A stretch of 64,000 nt of DNA. Source: Nannocystales bacterium. GTDB taxonomy: Bacteria > Myxococcota_A > Polyangia > Nannocystales > Nannocystaceae. Location: NCBI GenBank assembly GCA_050633305.1, contig JBOEGF010000018.1:800001-864000 (forward strand). Direction: 5' to 3'. Position 1 is the stretch's first letter; each line of letters starts with the position of its first letter. Below the pieces are notes generated by a model. It did no database searches, had not been told where the DNA came from, and worked only from the letters and a program-made list of their open reading frames with translations. Below are positions 47,773 to 57,756 of the stretch, piece after piece. Made by a program: the position numbers and the translations under genes.

Positions 47773-48744
47773 CTAGTCTTCGTAGGCGTCGAAGTCGACC
47801 GGCGCCGCTGAATCTGGCGCCGGTTCGGCGGCGAGAGGTCCCGGCTCGGTGGCGCCAGGTTGGGTGAGCTCGACCGCATCGACCGTCTTGCCGTCGCCGG
47901 TCACGAACGAGAGTGAGAGCGTGGTCGCGGTGGCGTTGGCAAACAACGCGCCGTGGGTTTCGTTGAAGCGAACCACACTGCCGTCGATCGCCTTCCCGAT
48001 GGGGTAGACCTTGGGGCTTCCGCTGAGGCCGTTGACCAGGAACACCGTCCCGTCTCGCTCGATGCGCTCGTAATGGTGGTCGTGCCCGGCAAGAACAACG
48101 TCGGCGCCCCATTGCGCGTAGGGCCACTGCATCGTCGTGTCTGAGCCGTGTCGACCGGACGAATACGGCGCGTGGTGCATGTAGACCACCTGCCAGGGCG
48201 ACTCGGAGGCCTGCATCGTTTCGCGAAGCCACCGGGCTTGAACGCTGTCGACCGACGTGCCGTCCGGTTCGGCGGAGTCGCTGTCGAGTGCGAAGAAGTG
48301 CACGGGCCCCCACACGAAGTCGTAGTAGCGCTCGTTGCCCGGTAGCTCGAAGTAGTCGAGGTAGGGCTCCAGGTCGCTCGTGTACCAGTCGTGGTTTCCC
48401 AGCGATGGGAAGAACCGGTTTCGGTCCGCGCCTGGCCCGTACGCTCCTCGGTAGGGGGCGATGAAGCTGGCGTAGTGTTTGCCGATATTGGCGTCGATCG
48501 TCCGTGCGCCGCCGCTGGGGTAGTTGTTGTCGCCTAGGGTCACGACGACGTCGGGGGCCGCACCGCGGACCCGGGCTGCGATTGCAGCTTCGAACGGGGA
48601 GTCGTCGCCAAAGTCACCGATCGCAACGAACGACACCGAAGCGCCCGGCTCGTGAACCTCGATCCGACTCTCCTCAGGGGGCTCCGCGATCGGCGCTCGG
48701 CAGGCCGCGGAAGTTGCCAGCAGAAGGACAAGGGCCCGTTGCAT
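47773..48744 (-). CDS. Purple-acid-phosphatase-like metallophosphoesterase lipoprotein
   Basis: Lipobox SAAC; GDFG, GDNNY, GNHDW, HHAPY, GHDH. Confidence 0.88.
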   Translation of the reverse strand: MQRALVLLLATSAACRAPIAEPPEESRIEVHEPGASVSFVAIGDFGDDSPFEAAIAARVRGAAPDVVVTLGDNNYPSGGARTIDANIGKHYASFIAPYRGAYGPGADRNRFFPSLGNHDWYTSDLEPYLDYFELPGNERYYDFVWGPVHFFALDSDSAEPDGTSVDSVQARWLRETMQASESPWQVVYMHHAPYSSGRHGSDTTMQWPYAQWGADVVLAGHDHHYERIERDGTVFLVNGLSGSPKVYPIGKAIDGSVVRFNETHGALFANATATTLSLSFVTGDGKTVDAVELTQPGATEPGPLAAEPAPDSAAPVDFDAYED

Positions 48745-48802
48745 GGCCGGAGGGTGCCACGTCGCGAACGTGCGGTCGGTGTCAAAGAGCGAGGTGTGTG
48801 GG

Positions 48803-49408
48803 TCAGGATCGGTCCGGGGCGTTGGCCGCCGGACCATCTGTGGCGCGGTCGTGCTCGAGCTGTTTGAGCCGCATGGGCAGCAGTTCGGTGAGTGCGGTCT
48901 CGAGCCCGACACCGAAGTTGAGCAGGGCGCGCCCGAGCGTCCAGTGGTCATCTCGGGCCAACAGGGCTCGGGCTGGGTCGGCGTCGTGTTTCTTGGCCTC
49001 CAGTTCGGCCATCAGACGGGCGGTGCCCGACCGCAGGGCCGCGAGCTCCCAAACTCGGAGTTCCACCCGGGTGAAGGCCAGCACGCCGTGTTTTGCGAGG
49101 TCGCGCCAGGTGGCGAGCTGCGCCTTGGCCATCAGGTACCCGACCTCGTCGAGTTCACCATCGTCCAGATCGCGAGCCATCCGGAAGGTGCCGGAGCCAT
49201 CCGCGCCGCGAGCTCGCAGGATCACCAGGTGGGTTGGCTCAGGGTCCGCGGCAACGTGCGAGATCACTTCGGCGTGGCTTCCCAACCGAGCGCCAGAGCG
49301 CAGTTCCGCGAGCGTGTTTCGGCCAACAAGTTCGTCGGTGTCCGCAGAGACGACGAGGGCTCGGCGTGGACCGTTGTCCGTCGCGAGTGTCCGGTAAACG
49401 GTGTTCAT
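48803..49408 (-). CDS. Hypothetical protein
   Basis: 201-aa ORF with protein-like composition filling the gap between two minus-strand genes; no motif recognised. Confidence 0.6.
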   Translation of the reverse strand: MNTVYRTLATDNGPRRALVVSADTDELVGRNTLAELRSGARLGSHAEVISHVAADPEPTHLVILRARGADGSGTFRMARDLDDGELDEVGYLMAKAQLATWRDLAKHGVLAFTRVELRVWELAALRSGTARLMAELEAKKHDADPARALLARDDHWTLGRALLNFGVGLETALTELLPMRLKQLEHDRATDGPAANAPDRS

Positions 49409-49499
49409 CGCGAGGTGGACAATACAGCCCGGGGGCCGGTTTTGGCCAGCCGTGTCGCTTGGGCGCCGCGTTCCGCGCGCGTTTCTGACGAAGCGGCGG

Positions 49500-52400
49500 C
49501 TAGATGCCCGTGGAAAGCTCGGATTCGACGAGCGCCGAGAGCTGCTCTGCGGTCTGAGCCCCGGTCACCCGGCGACCGTTGATGAAGAACGTGGGCGTCG
49601 CCGTGGCGTCGTGGTCGGTGCACAACTTCTGCTGGGCTGCGACGGCCTCGGCGGTCTTGGTCGCCGCGTAGTCTTCCTCGAACTGCTTGACGTCCAGTCC
49701 CAGTCGAGCCGCGTATCGTTTGTAGTCCTCGTCCGAGCGCGCCTTGCTCCGCTGGTCCTTGTAGAGCTCGTCGTGCATTTCCCAGAATTTGCCCTGCGCG
49801 TGGGCTGCTTGGGCAGCCCGTGCGGCCGGCTCGGCGCCGGGGTGGTAGTCGAGCGGGTTGTGGGCGAAGAAGAATGCGACCGCCGGGTAGGATTCGAGCG
49901 TCTCGTCGAGAGCCTTGCGGGACCGGGCGCAGAAGGGGCAGTCGAAGTCGCCGCACTCGATGATCTCGATCTGCGCGAAGGTGGTCGCGCCTTTGCTCGG
50001 TAGGCCTTCGGTACTGACTACGTACCGCTTGCTGTCGCCCGCGGGAGCCTCGATCGCACGCTGCGGCAGGACGACCTCGGGCGCGAAGTGGGACTGCATG
50101 TCCTCGTAGATTCGCTTGCGGGTGTTGCCTCGTCGTTCTGCGAACTTCTTCGCCCGTGCGAGTTCTTCGGAGATCACGGTCTCGAACGCGGACGCACTTT
50201 GTCGGCCTCCGAGGTATCGACCATTGATGAAGAAGGCCGGCGTGCCTCGGACCCCGAACTTGGCCGCTGCGTCGACATCCCGTTGCAGGCGGCGGTCGAT
50301 ATCGGCGCTGCCAAGATCGGTCTTGTAGCGGGTCATCTCGAGCCCGGCCTGCTTCGCAGCGGCCTCGATGGTATCGGCGCTGAGTCGGTTGCCACGCTCG
50401 AACAGCGCATCGTGCATCTCCCAGAACTTGTCCTGCTCACCCGCCGCAAGAGACGCCTGCGCGGCCGCTCGTGCCGAGGGGTGGATGTTCTCCAGCGGAA
50501 GGTTGCGGAACACCAGGCGCACGTCCTTGCCATGCTCGGCGAGCAGTTCGTCGAGCGTCCCGGTGACCGACCGGCAGTGCTCGCACTCGAAATCACCAAA
50601 CATCACGATCGTGACCAACGCGTCGCTCGGGCCCCGCGTATGGGCGTCGTTGCCCACGGACACGGCGTAGTTGACATCGGGCTGCGGGCTGTCGCTGTCG
50701 GGATCGTCGACGCGGTGCGGCCAGATGTCGTCGACGTAGGGGACGACCTTGGGCTCGGGTTGCGCGAGTTCCGTGGGGTCGCCGTGTGGTTCGACGGGGT
50801 CCGTGCCCGTGGCGCTTTCGCGGGCGGGGTGCTTGGCATCGCAGGCCGCCAGCCCTTGGATCGACTCCGATTCGAGGTAGCACTCGAGCCGCGCAGTCGT
50901 CATCGAGGGCTTGTCGCATTGCTCTTGAACGCTTCGCTCGATCTCCCACGCGGCCTCGAGCGGTGCACCAGACTCCTCCAGAGAGTTCCGGCTGAGCTGG
51001 AGCACGTGTTTGGAGAGCGCAGCGCACCGCGAGGCTCGGGTTGCTCGCGCGAACTCTTCGCCCATCGCCTCGCCTGCAAGCTTGGTCGCGGTCTCGAGGA
51101 CTCCGCGCAGACCCAAGCCATCGGCGGTGTGTGCGGTGCTGCGGACGACGATGGTGCGGCCCTTTCGGTCGCTGCGAACGGTCGCGGTTTCGAACGCGTC
51201 GATGAGCGGGGCGAGGGTCTCGAACTCCTCTTGGTCGCGAGGCCGGAGCAGGGGCTTGGCGGCCGCGGCCAGCCCAGCGAGGTCGGCGAAGGCTCCGAGG
51301 TTGGCGCCCTTGCTCAGGGCGGCGGCGATTGAAGGATGGCGGGGCTCGTCCAAGAACGCCGACTTGGGAGTCTCGATGACCATCGCGGCATCCACGGGCC
51401 CGACGAGGACCCAGAGCATGTCTTCATGGACAAAGGACTGAAGATCGGGCCGTCCATAGTCGGGGTTTCCGGCGACCGTGTAAACTTGAACCCCGGCGAC
51501 GTCGCGCGGTGTGACCTCGCGGTCCTTGACCTTCGTGACGGCCCGGTCGTAGAGGCGTTCAAGGGTTTTCTTGGCCTTCTCGCCGTCTTTCACGCCGACC
51601 CAGCTGACCGCTTTGAGCTCGTGGCCTTGGCCACGCTCGGAGGGAATGCCTAGAAGTGCGCCACCGAAGGCTCCGGATAGGTTCTGCGTCACGTCGGTTC
51701 GCAAGTCGATACCCAGCTCGTCGGAAACGTCTTTCTCCACCGCGGAGACGCTCTCCCCCAGGGCACTGATCACACCGCCCACAGCGCGGTCGAGGGAGTC
51801 CCCGTTGAGCTGCACGTCGTACGCCGCGAGGACGGGGCCTTGCAGCCGCGCGAGCGCTTTCCCATCCCGTTTGGCGTCGCCCAACACATCCAGGTGCCGG
51901 CTGCCCTCTCGAACCACGACCTCGTGGGTGAGATGGATGGCGTCGGTCTCGTGGCTGAGGACCATCGCGATACCGTCGAGGTCCGCGAGTGCGAGACGGG
52001 CCGCGAGCGCGGCGGCACCGGCGGGCAACGCATTACGCAGCGCGCTTCCGTCGACGTAGCCAAGCCCGACGATGTCGCCCGGCGGCGCGACCAATGCACC
52101 ATAGGCTTCGGTCTCAGCGAGCGAGTCCTTGTGCAGGAGCGAGCCTATTTCGCTCGCGTGGTCCTCAACTTCGTCGTTCCAGCCCGGCCGCGGCGCGAAC
52201 AAGACCGTTGCGCGCGCTTCGTGGTGGATGACCGCGATGCCACGTTCTTCGTGCCACAGTCCGTCGGCTTCGCCGAAGGTTCGCTCCGACCAGGAGGCTT
52301 CGTCTTCGGTGGTGGCCAGCAGCAGGGCGGCCCGCTTCGCGACCGCGGACTTGAGTGCCGCGCGATCGGTGACGCCGAACGAGACGGCGAAGGTGGGCGC

Positions 52401-53729
52401 TTTGGCGTCGAGCACCGCGAACCCGACCGCGGCTTCGGTGTTGATCCCCTGTTTGGACCACTGTTCGTCGTCGTACGGGTCGAAGCCCAGCGCGTCGACG
52501 CGGAGCTCCTCCCACTGCGCGTCGAGGTCTTCGTTGGCCACCAGCGCTACGGTTTCTTGGACCGACTGCAGCGCGATGAACCCGATCGTGGTCGAGGGGA
52601 GCCCTTCTGCGACATCGTCACTGAAGCCAAGCCCGCGTCCGGCGACGAGCGTGTACAGGAGGTAGCCAAGGCCTGCGAGTGCGGTCACCCCGAGTGCGGA
52701 GAAACCGGCGATCGACAACAGCCGTCCCCAACGCCGCGGTGGCCGTTCCGAGCGCGGGGCGGGGTCTCGGTCTTTGTTGTTCGAGGCTCCGCCCGGCTTG
52801 ATCACCGCGTTGGCGACCGGTGCACGGTAGACCGGCTTCTTGTCGAGGGCGGCCGGGGGTTCCGGCGTGGGTTCTGCCGTGGCGGGTTCGGGCGTGGGCG
52901 GAGGTTCGGGCGCGGGGGCGGGCGCCGGGGCGCGGGTCTCGACGTCGGAGGCCGCCTCGGGGATCGTGGCGGTGACATCGGTGGTGCCGACGGGCAGGGT
53001 CCGCGACGACGGGGTGGCCGACGTCGTTCCTGCGGGCCCGGGAACGGTCGATGATGACGGCGGGGCGTGTCTGACGGCGGGTGGTCCCTCAGGGGGCGGT
53101 GGGGCGCCGACCTGAGTCTGACCTCCGGACAGAGTTGGGGGGGACGACGAGTCTCCGGGTGCCGTCGGCGAAGAGGACGGAGCGTGCGGGCCGGACAACG
53201 TCGTGGATGCTGGCTTGACCCTCGGAGCGACGTGGGTCGTCTCGGCGACGGGCGCGGGCTCTCCGAGCGAGACCGGAGAGGGCGGGGACCACCCCGGCGG
53301 GGGCTCAACCGAACTCGCGTTGGGGTGGGGAGTCCCGAGCAGAGTGTCGTGGCCGGTCTTGTGGGTCTGGACCTTCGTGCGACCGACCGCTGTCTGCCCC
53401 GGCTTGAGTTCGTCGTGTGCTCCTTCGATCGAGATCAACCGCAGTTGCGTGTTGCCGCAGTAGAAACTCTGGCCCTCGTACAGCGCGAACTGGGGGAGGC
53501 GTTTCCCATCGCGCCAGGTCCCGTTGCTGCTCCCGAGGTCGCGGACGATGACGTGGCCTGCGGTGGTGTCGATCTCCGCGTGAAGGGCGGAGGCTTCGGT
53601 GTCGCCCAGGACGACGTCGCCCGACTCGCGTCCGACCAGGTTCTTCGGCTTCCTCAGCGCGACGCGGTACGACGGGCGATCCGGCGCCGAGACTTCGAAG
53701 GTGAGTTGGAGGGTCGGAGTCTGCTCCAC
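49500..53729 (-). CDS. FHA - Pro-rich linker - TM - large periplasmic (DUF3352-like) domain - Cys helical domain - tandem DsbA/thioredoxin domains (~1,409 aa)
   Basis: FHA VGR/SALH/SSNGT; TM; DFECEHC...GTPAFFING; DFDCPFC...ATPTFFING. Start set at GTG 53729; upstream in-frame sequence overlaps hrpB. Confidence 0.8.
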   Translation of the reverse strand: MEQTPTLQLTFEVSAPDRPSYRVALRKPKNLVGRESGDVVLGDTEASALHAEIDTTAGHVIVRDLGSSNGTWRDGKRLPQFALYEGQSFYCGNTQLRLISIEGAHDELKPGQTAVGRTKVQTHKTGHDTLLGTPHPNASSVEPPPGWSPPSPVSLGEPAPVAETTHVAPRVKPASTTLSGPHAPSSSPTAPGDSSSPPTLSGGQTQVGAPPPPEGPPAVRHAPPSSSTVPGPAGTTSATPSSRTLPVGTTDVTATIPEAASDVETRAPAPAPAPEPPPTPEPATAEPTPEPPAALDKKPVYRAPVANAVIKPGGASNNKDRDPAPRSERPPRRWGRLLSIAGFSALGVTALAGLGYLLYTLVAGRGLGFSDDVAEGLPSTTIGFIALQSVQETVALVANEDLDAQWEELRVDALGFDPYDDEQWSKQGINTEAAVGFAVLDAKAPTFAVSFGVTDRAALKSAVAKRAALLLATTEDEASWSERTFGEADGLWHEERGIAVIHHEARATVLFAPRPGWNDEVEDHASEIGSLLHKDSLAETEAYGALVAPPGDIVGLGYVDGSALRNALPAGAAALAARLALADLDGIAMVLSHETDAIHLTHEVVVREGSRHLDVLGDAKRDGKALARLQGPVLAAYDVQLNGDSLDRAVGGVISALGESVSAVEKDVSDELGIDLRTDVTQNLSGAFGGALLGIPSERGQGHELKAVSWVGVKDGEKAKKTLERLYDRAVTKVKDREVTPRDVAGVQVYTVAGNPDYGRPDLQSFVHEDMLWVLVGPVDAAMVIETPKSAFLDEPRHPSIAAALSKGANLGAFADLAGLAAAAKPLLRPRDQEEFETLAPLIDAFETATVRSDRKGRTIVVRSTAHTADGLGLRGVLETATKLAGEAMGEEFARATRASRCAALSKHVLQLSRNSLEESGAPLEAAWEIERSVQEQCDKPSMTTARLECYLESESIQGLAACDAKHPARESATGTDPVEPHGDPTELAQPEPKVVPYVDDIWPHRVDDPDSDSPQPDVNYAVSVGNDAHTRGPSDALVTIVMFGDFECEHCRSVTGTLDELLAEHGKDVRLVFRNLPLENIHPSARAAAQASLAAGEQDKFWEMHDALFERGNRLSADTIEAAAKQAGLEMTRYKTDLGSADIDRRLQRDVDAAAKFGVRGTPAFFINGRYLGGRQSASAFETVISEELARAKKFAERRGNTRKRIYEDMQSHFAPEVVLPQRAIEAPAGDSKRYVVSTEGLPSKGATTFAQIEIIECGDFDCPFCARSRKALDETLESYPAVAFFFAHNPLDYHPGAEPAARAAQAAHAQGKFWEMHDELYKDQRSKARSDEDYKRYAARLGLDVKQFEEDYAATKTAEAVAAQQKLCTDHDATATPTFFINGRRVTGAQTAEQLSALVESELSTGI

Positions 53730-53942
53730 GTTGAGTTCCCTTCGGCCACGGGCGCCCCGATATGGCCGGATTTGGGTGCTTTGAGTATCGCCAGCGCCGC
53801 GGTTGTACGCAACCGGGGTCGTGGGACCCTTACGCGCGGCACTCGGTTCTCGGTCTGGTCCCCGAGGCGTCAACCCATGCAACGGCCCGCACGCCGCCGG
53901 CATTCCCGTGTGCGCCCGATGCCTCTGGTAGGTTCTCGCGCG

Positions 53943-56369
53943 ATGCTCCCGTTGCCCATCGACGCGCTGCAGGAGCGGTTTGCTTCCTCCTGTCGAGCTG
54001 GAGCCCGGCTTGTGGTCTCGGCCCCGACCGGGTCTGGAAAGTCGACGCGACTGCCGTGGTGGATGGCGGACGCGTTGGGCGGGCCCGTCCTCGTGGTCGA
54101 GCCGCGCCGGGTGGCTGCGCGCGCGCTCGCAACGTATGGAGCCAAGATTCGCGGGGAGCAGGTGGGCGAGCGGGTGGGATACCGCGTTCGGTTCGACGCT
54201 GCGGAGTCGCAGGGCACCGAGATCTTGTTCGTCACCCCCGGCATGGCGCTGGCGTTGCTGGGCAACGACGGCTCGCGGAAGTTCGCAGGCGTGCTCGTCG
54301 ACGAGTTTCACGAACGCGGTTGGGAGACGGACCTCGTGACTGCCCTCGTACAGCACGGCCGCTTGGGTCCCGATGCCGCGCTCGTCGTGTGCTCGGCAAC
54401 GTTGGAAAGGGAGGCGTTGGGCAAGGCACTGGAGGCCGAGGTTCTCAACGGGGAAGGCCGTGCATTCGAGGTCACGGTCCGGTTCGCGGGGAACTCCGGA
54501 CCCAGCCTGGACGCGCTACCCGAGCGCGTCCGCTCCGTGGTGGACGACGCGCTCGCTGGCGGGTCCGGCGACGTGCTCGTGTTCCTCCCCGGCAAGCGAG
54601 AAATTCGCGCCTGTCTGGATGCGCTTGGCCACCTGCGGGACGTGGATGCGCTTCCGTTGCACGGGGGGATTTCGTCGCGTGAGATGCAGGCTGCGCTCGA
54701 GCCCGCGAAACGACGCCGTGTGTTCTTGTCGACCAACGTCGCCGAGACTTCCCTGACCATTCCCTCGGTCACGACTGTCGTCGACAGCGGGCTCGAACGT
54801 CGTCATGTGCATCGCCAGGGCAAGGTTGTGCTGGCGGTTGTCCCCGTCTCGCTCGCATCGGCAGAGCAACGGCGCGGCCGAGCGGGACGGGTGCAGGCTG
54901 GTCAGTGCGTGCGTCTGTGGTCTGAGGCGTTTCTGCTCGATGCGACGACGCCTCCACAGGTCGAACGCATCTCGCTCGATGACGTGTTGCTACGGGTGGG
55001 GATGTGCGGCGTGGATCCGGCGGACGCCGCGTCGCTGCCGTGGGTGACATCTCCGCCCGCGTTTGCCATGGAATCGGCGCTGGAGCGACTCCGGGCCCAC
55101 GGTGCCGTCGCCGCGGACGGTGCTCTGACCGAAGCGGGGCGGGTGCAGGCTCGTCTGCCTGTGTCGTGGGTGGGAGCGCGTTTGCTGACCAACCCTCCGC
55201 CTGGGTACGCCGCAGCGCTGTGTGACCTCGTGGCCTTGATGGAGGTCGGGCGAGAGCTGTTCGAGCCAAACCCCACACAGGCCCAGAGCGAAGCACGACT
55301 GCCGCTGTTGAAGAAGGCGACTGACGAGGTCGATGTGGCGATGCGCGTGCTTCGTTCGGCCGATCCAAGGCGGCACGGGATTCGGGCCCGAACGCTCTCG
55401 GAGTGTCGTCGCCTCTCACAGTCTCTGCGCCGGGTCGTGGATGCCAAGGATGCTCCTGCACCACCTCATGCCGAGCTCACGAAGTGGGTCGCCGCGGCCG
55501 TGCCCGAACTCGTCTTCGTTCGCCGAAAGCGTGCAGACCGGCCCAAAAAGGGGGATTCGCCGGGCCGCGGCGGAGAGCCGTGGGGCAATGGGGAGCTGGA
55601 GCTTTTCCTGGTTCCGTACCAGGTGCCCGAGCTCGAGCAGAGCCCCAAGCCGCCGCAGGCCGGCGTGGTCCTGGAACGCGAGTGGATCGGCAGCGGGCAG
55701 CGGACCCGTGGTGTCGGTCGCTTGCTCATGGGACTCCCGTTGGCCGAGCTCGCCCCGTTGGGGCTAGGGGATGCGCAGGTCGGCGCGGTCAAGGTTTCGC
55801 GTGGCAAGGTCGTCGCCGAGGTCGAACGAACGCTGGCAGGAGTCACGATCTCGAGTGAGACCGAAGTACTCCGCGGTGAAGGGCTGCGGGACGGACTCGT
55901 GCAGCTGGTGTTGCGAGGGTCGCGGCTGAAGGGGCTGGCACGGTTGCTGCTCGACGCCGTGCATGCCTGGGGAGTGCTCGAGCAGGCCGCAAAGCGAGAA
56001 CGCTTGAACATGCCGCCGGCGCCACAGAGTGCGGCGACATTCCTCCGCGAGAAGTTTGCAACGCTAGGGGTCGAGGGGCTGGCAGACCTCGAGCTCCTCG
56101 AGCACGAGGACATCCTGCCGCGGCTGACCGAAATGGCCGTCGAAGCGGGGTTCGACCCGCGAGAAGCGGTTTCGCTTCAACAGGACTTCCCGCGACGGCT
56201 CGAGGTTCACGGTGGGAAATACGTGAGCACCGTGGACCTCTCGACTCGGACGGTCGAACTGGAGCCGATCGAGCGCACAAAGAAGGAACCGGCAGCAGCT
56301 GTACTTCCACGATTCCGGGGGTTCTCGGTGGTGTTCGTGAAGGCGAGTCGGCGACTGAAACTCCGCTGA
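53943..56369 (+). CDS. hrpB: ATP-dependent DEAH/RHA helicase, HrpB-like
   Basis: APTGSGKST, EPRRVAAR, DEFHER, SAT, FLPG, STNVAETSLTI, QRRGRAGR; shortened C-terminus. Confidence 0.8.
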   Translation: MLPLPIDALQERFASSCRAGARLVVSAPTGSGKSTRLPWWMADALGGPVLVVEPRRVAARALATYGAKIRGEQVGERVGYRVRFDAAESQGTEILFVTPGMALALLGNDGSRKFAGVLVDEFHERGWETDLVTALVQHGRLGPDAALVVCSATLEREALGKALEAEVLNGEGRAFEVTVRFAGNSGPSLDALPERVRSVVDDALAGGSGDVLVFLPGKREIRACLDALGHLRDVDALPLHGGISSREMQAALEPAKRRRVFLSTNVAETSLTIPSVTTVVDSGLERRHVHRQGKVVLAVVPVSLASAEQRRGRAGRVQAGQCVRLWSEAFLLDATTPPQVERISLDDVLLRVGMCGVDPADAASLPWVTSPPAFAMESALERLRAHGAVAADGALTEAGRVQARLPVSWVGARLLTNPPPGYAAALCDLVALMEVGRELFEPNPTQAQSEARLPLLKKATDEVDVAMRVLRSADPRRHGIRARTLSECRRLSQSLRRVVDAKDAPAPPHAELTKWVAAAVPELVFVRRKRADRPKKGDSPGRGGEPWGNGELELFLVPYQVPELEQSPKPPQAGVVLEREWIGSGQRTRGVGRLLMGLPLAELAPLGLGDAQVGAVKVSRGKVVAEVERTLAGVTISSETEVLRGEGLRDGLVQLVLRGSRLKGLARLLLDAVHAWGVLEQAAKRERLNMPPAPQSAATFLREKFATLGVEGLADLELLEHEDILPRLTEMAVEAGFDPREAVSLQQDFPRRLEVHGGKYVSTVDLSTRTVELEPIERTKKEPAAAVLPRFRGFSVVFVKASRRLKLR

Positions 56370-56405
56370 TTTTTGGAGGCCGAGCTCGCGACGCGCTGAG
56401 ATCGC

Positions 56406-57665
56406 CTACGCTGCGTCGTCCTTCGCTGCGAGCGCTTCCTCTGCGGCCAACCGTTCCTTGGGATGACTGATCTCGCCTGCAATCGTGCCGCCACATCTGG
56501 GACATACGGTGTCGTCGTCCGAGAAGACGGTGCCGCACTTTGGCTCGGAGCAGCGTGTGTCCGGCAGAAAACGTCCCACGACCAGGCCTAGCAAGCCCAA
56601 ACCAGCGGCTGCGATCCCGATGACGCCCATGTCGAGCTCGACGCCCGTGTTCATGCGACCGGCGAGCATGCCGAGCATCGCGACCGGAAGCGCGAGCATC
56701 TTCGCGAGCCGAAGCGCCTTGCTGCGCCGCACCCGAAACACCGGCTTGCCTTCGTTCATCCCGGCCACGCCCGTGTCTTCGGGAGGCGGTGGTGCATCGG
56801 GTACGGCTTCCTCGCGCTTGGCGAACACGCCCGAGGCGAACGGAGCGGTGAGGTCGGCGAGGTCGGGGGCCTCGCCCCACGTCTCCTTGGGTGGAATGCC
56901 GAGGCGCTCGATGAGGTCGCCGGGGGCTTGCGAGAACAGCCGCAGCGTCTCGTCCAAGAATCCCTTCTGGTTCGACGGCAGCGCTTTTCGAATCCGACGT
57001 CGCTCCTTGACCGAGGTTTCGCGGGCATACAGCTGTATGCCCAGCGCAAAGGAGAGCGCCTTGGGCCCCAGGACGCCCAGCTGCGACTTGGTGCGCTGCA
57101 GCCGGAACGTGTCGGTTCGAGTCGCGCCGTGTTTGACGGCAGCCTCGGTGGTGAGCACGCCAAAGCCGAGGTAGATCGCGGTCACGTCGACGAGTCGTTG
57201 CTCGAGCACCGCGTTGCCTTGGGTGAGCCCGTGCCAGCGGCGCCAACCCTCCGTGGCAGCTCGCGCGGCGGAGGACACCGCGAGCTCCGGGTCCCGAAGC
57301 GTTGAAGCGCGTGCAGCGTAGTGCAGGGTGTTCCCCTGCCGCCGCACGAACCACAACGGAGCCCCAATCCCCGCGGGGGCAACCTGTCCACCGACGTCGT
57401 CGTCGGGGTGAACCTGGACCTCGATCTCCGCTTCCTCGAGGTCGGCGTACACGAGCATGCGGGTGATCAGCCGCTCCATCGATGGGCCGCCGCCGTTCCA
57501 GGGGTCGGGGAAGAAGGTCTCGTTGGCCTCGACCAACGGAGCGAGCAGGAAGTGCTCGTGCCCGCGGGCGCGCACCAACGCCGCGAGCTGATCGATCAGC
57601 CAGCGCTGGTCATCCTCTTCGGGGATCAGGAACTTCTCGACGTCCCATGGCTCTTCTTCGGCCAT
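56406..57665 (-). CDS. Hypothetical membrane protein with two C-terminal TMs and a Zn ribbon
   Basis: DVTAIYLGFG core; two hydrophobic helices; CSEPKC...CPRC. Confidence 0.7.
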   Translation of the reverse strand: MAEEEPWDVEKFLIPEEDDQRWLIDQLAALVRARGHEHFLLAPLVEANETFFPDPWNGGGPSMERLITRMLVYADLEEAEIEVQVHPDDDVGGQVAPAGIGAPLWFVRRQGNTLHYAARASTLRDPELAVSSAARAATEGWRRWHGLTQGNAVLEQRLVDVTAIYLGFGVLTTEAAVKHGATRTDTFRLQRTKSQLGVLGPKALSFALGIQLYARETSVKERRRIRKALPSNQKGFLDETLRLFSQAPGDLIERLGIPPKETWGEAPDLADLTAPFASGVFAKREEAVPDAPPPPEDTGVAGMNEGKPVFRVRRSKALRLAKMLALPVAMLGMLAGRMNTGVELDMGVIGIAAAGLGLLGLVVGRFLPDTRCSEPKCGTVFSDDDTVCPRCGGTIAGEISHPKERLAAEEALAAKDDAA

Positions 57666-57756
57666 TGCGAGGTCGGTCTATCATGAAGCGCAGCGGGTCT
57701 GACCGACAGGCCGGCCTGGATGCGGTCACACCGCAGACCAGGCATGTGCAGGGCGG

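Noticed and set aside
53067..54356. Mutually overlapping N-terminal extensions of hrpB (from 53067) and the FHA-DsbA gene (from 54356)
   Set aside because: Low-complexity antisense translations; domains start at 53943 (+) and 53729 (-), leaving a normal divergent gap.
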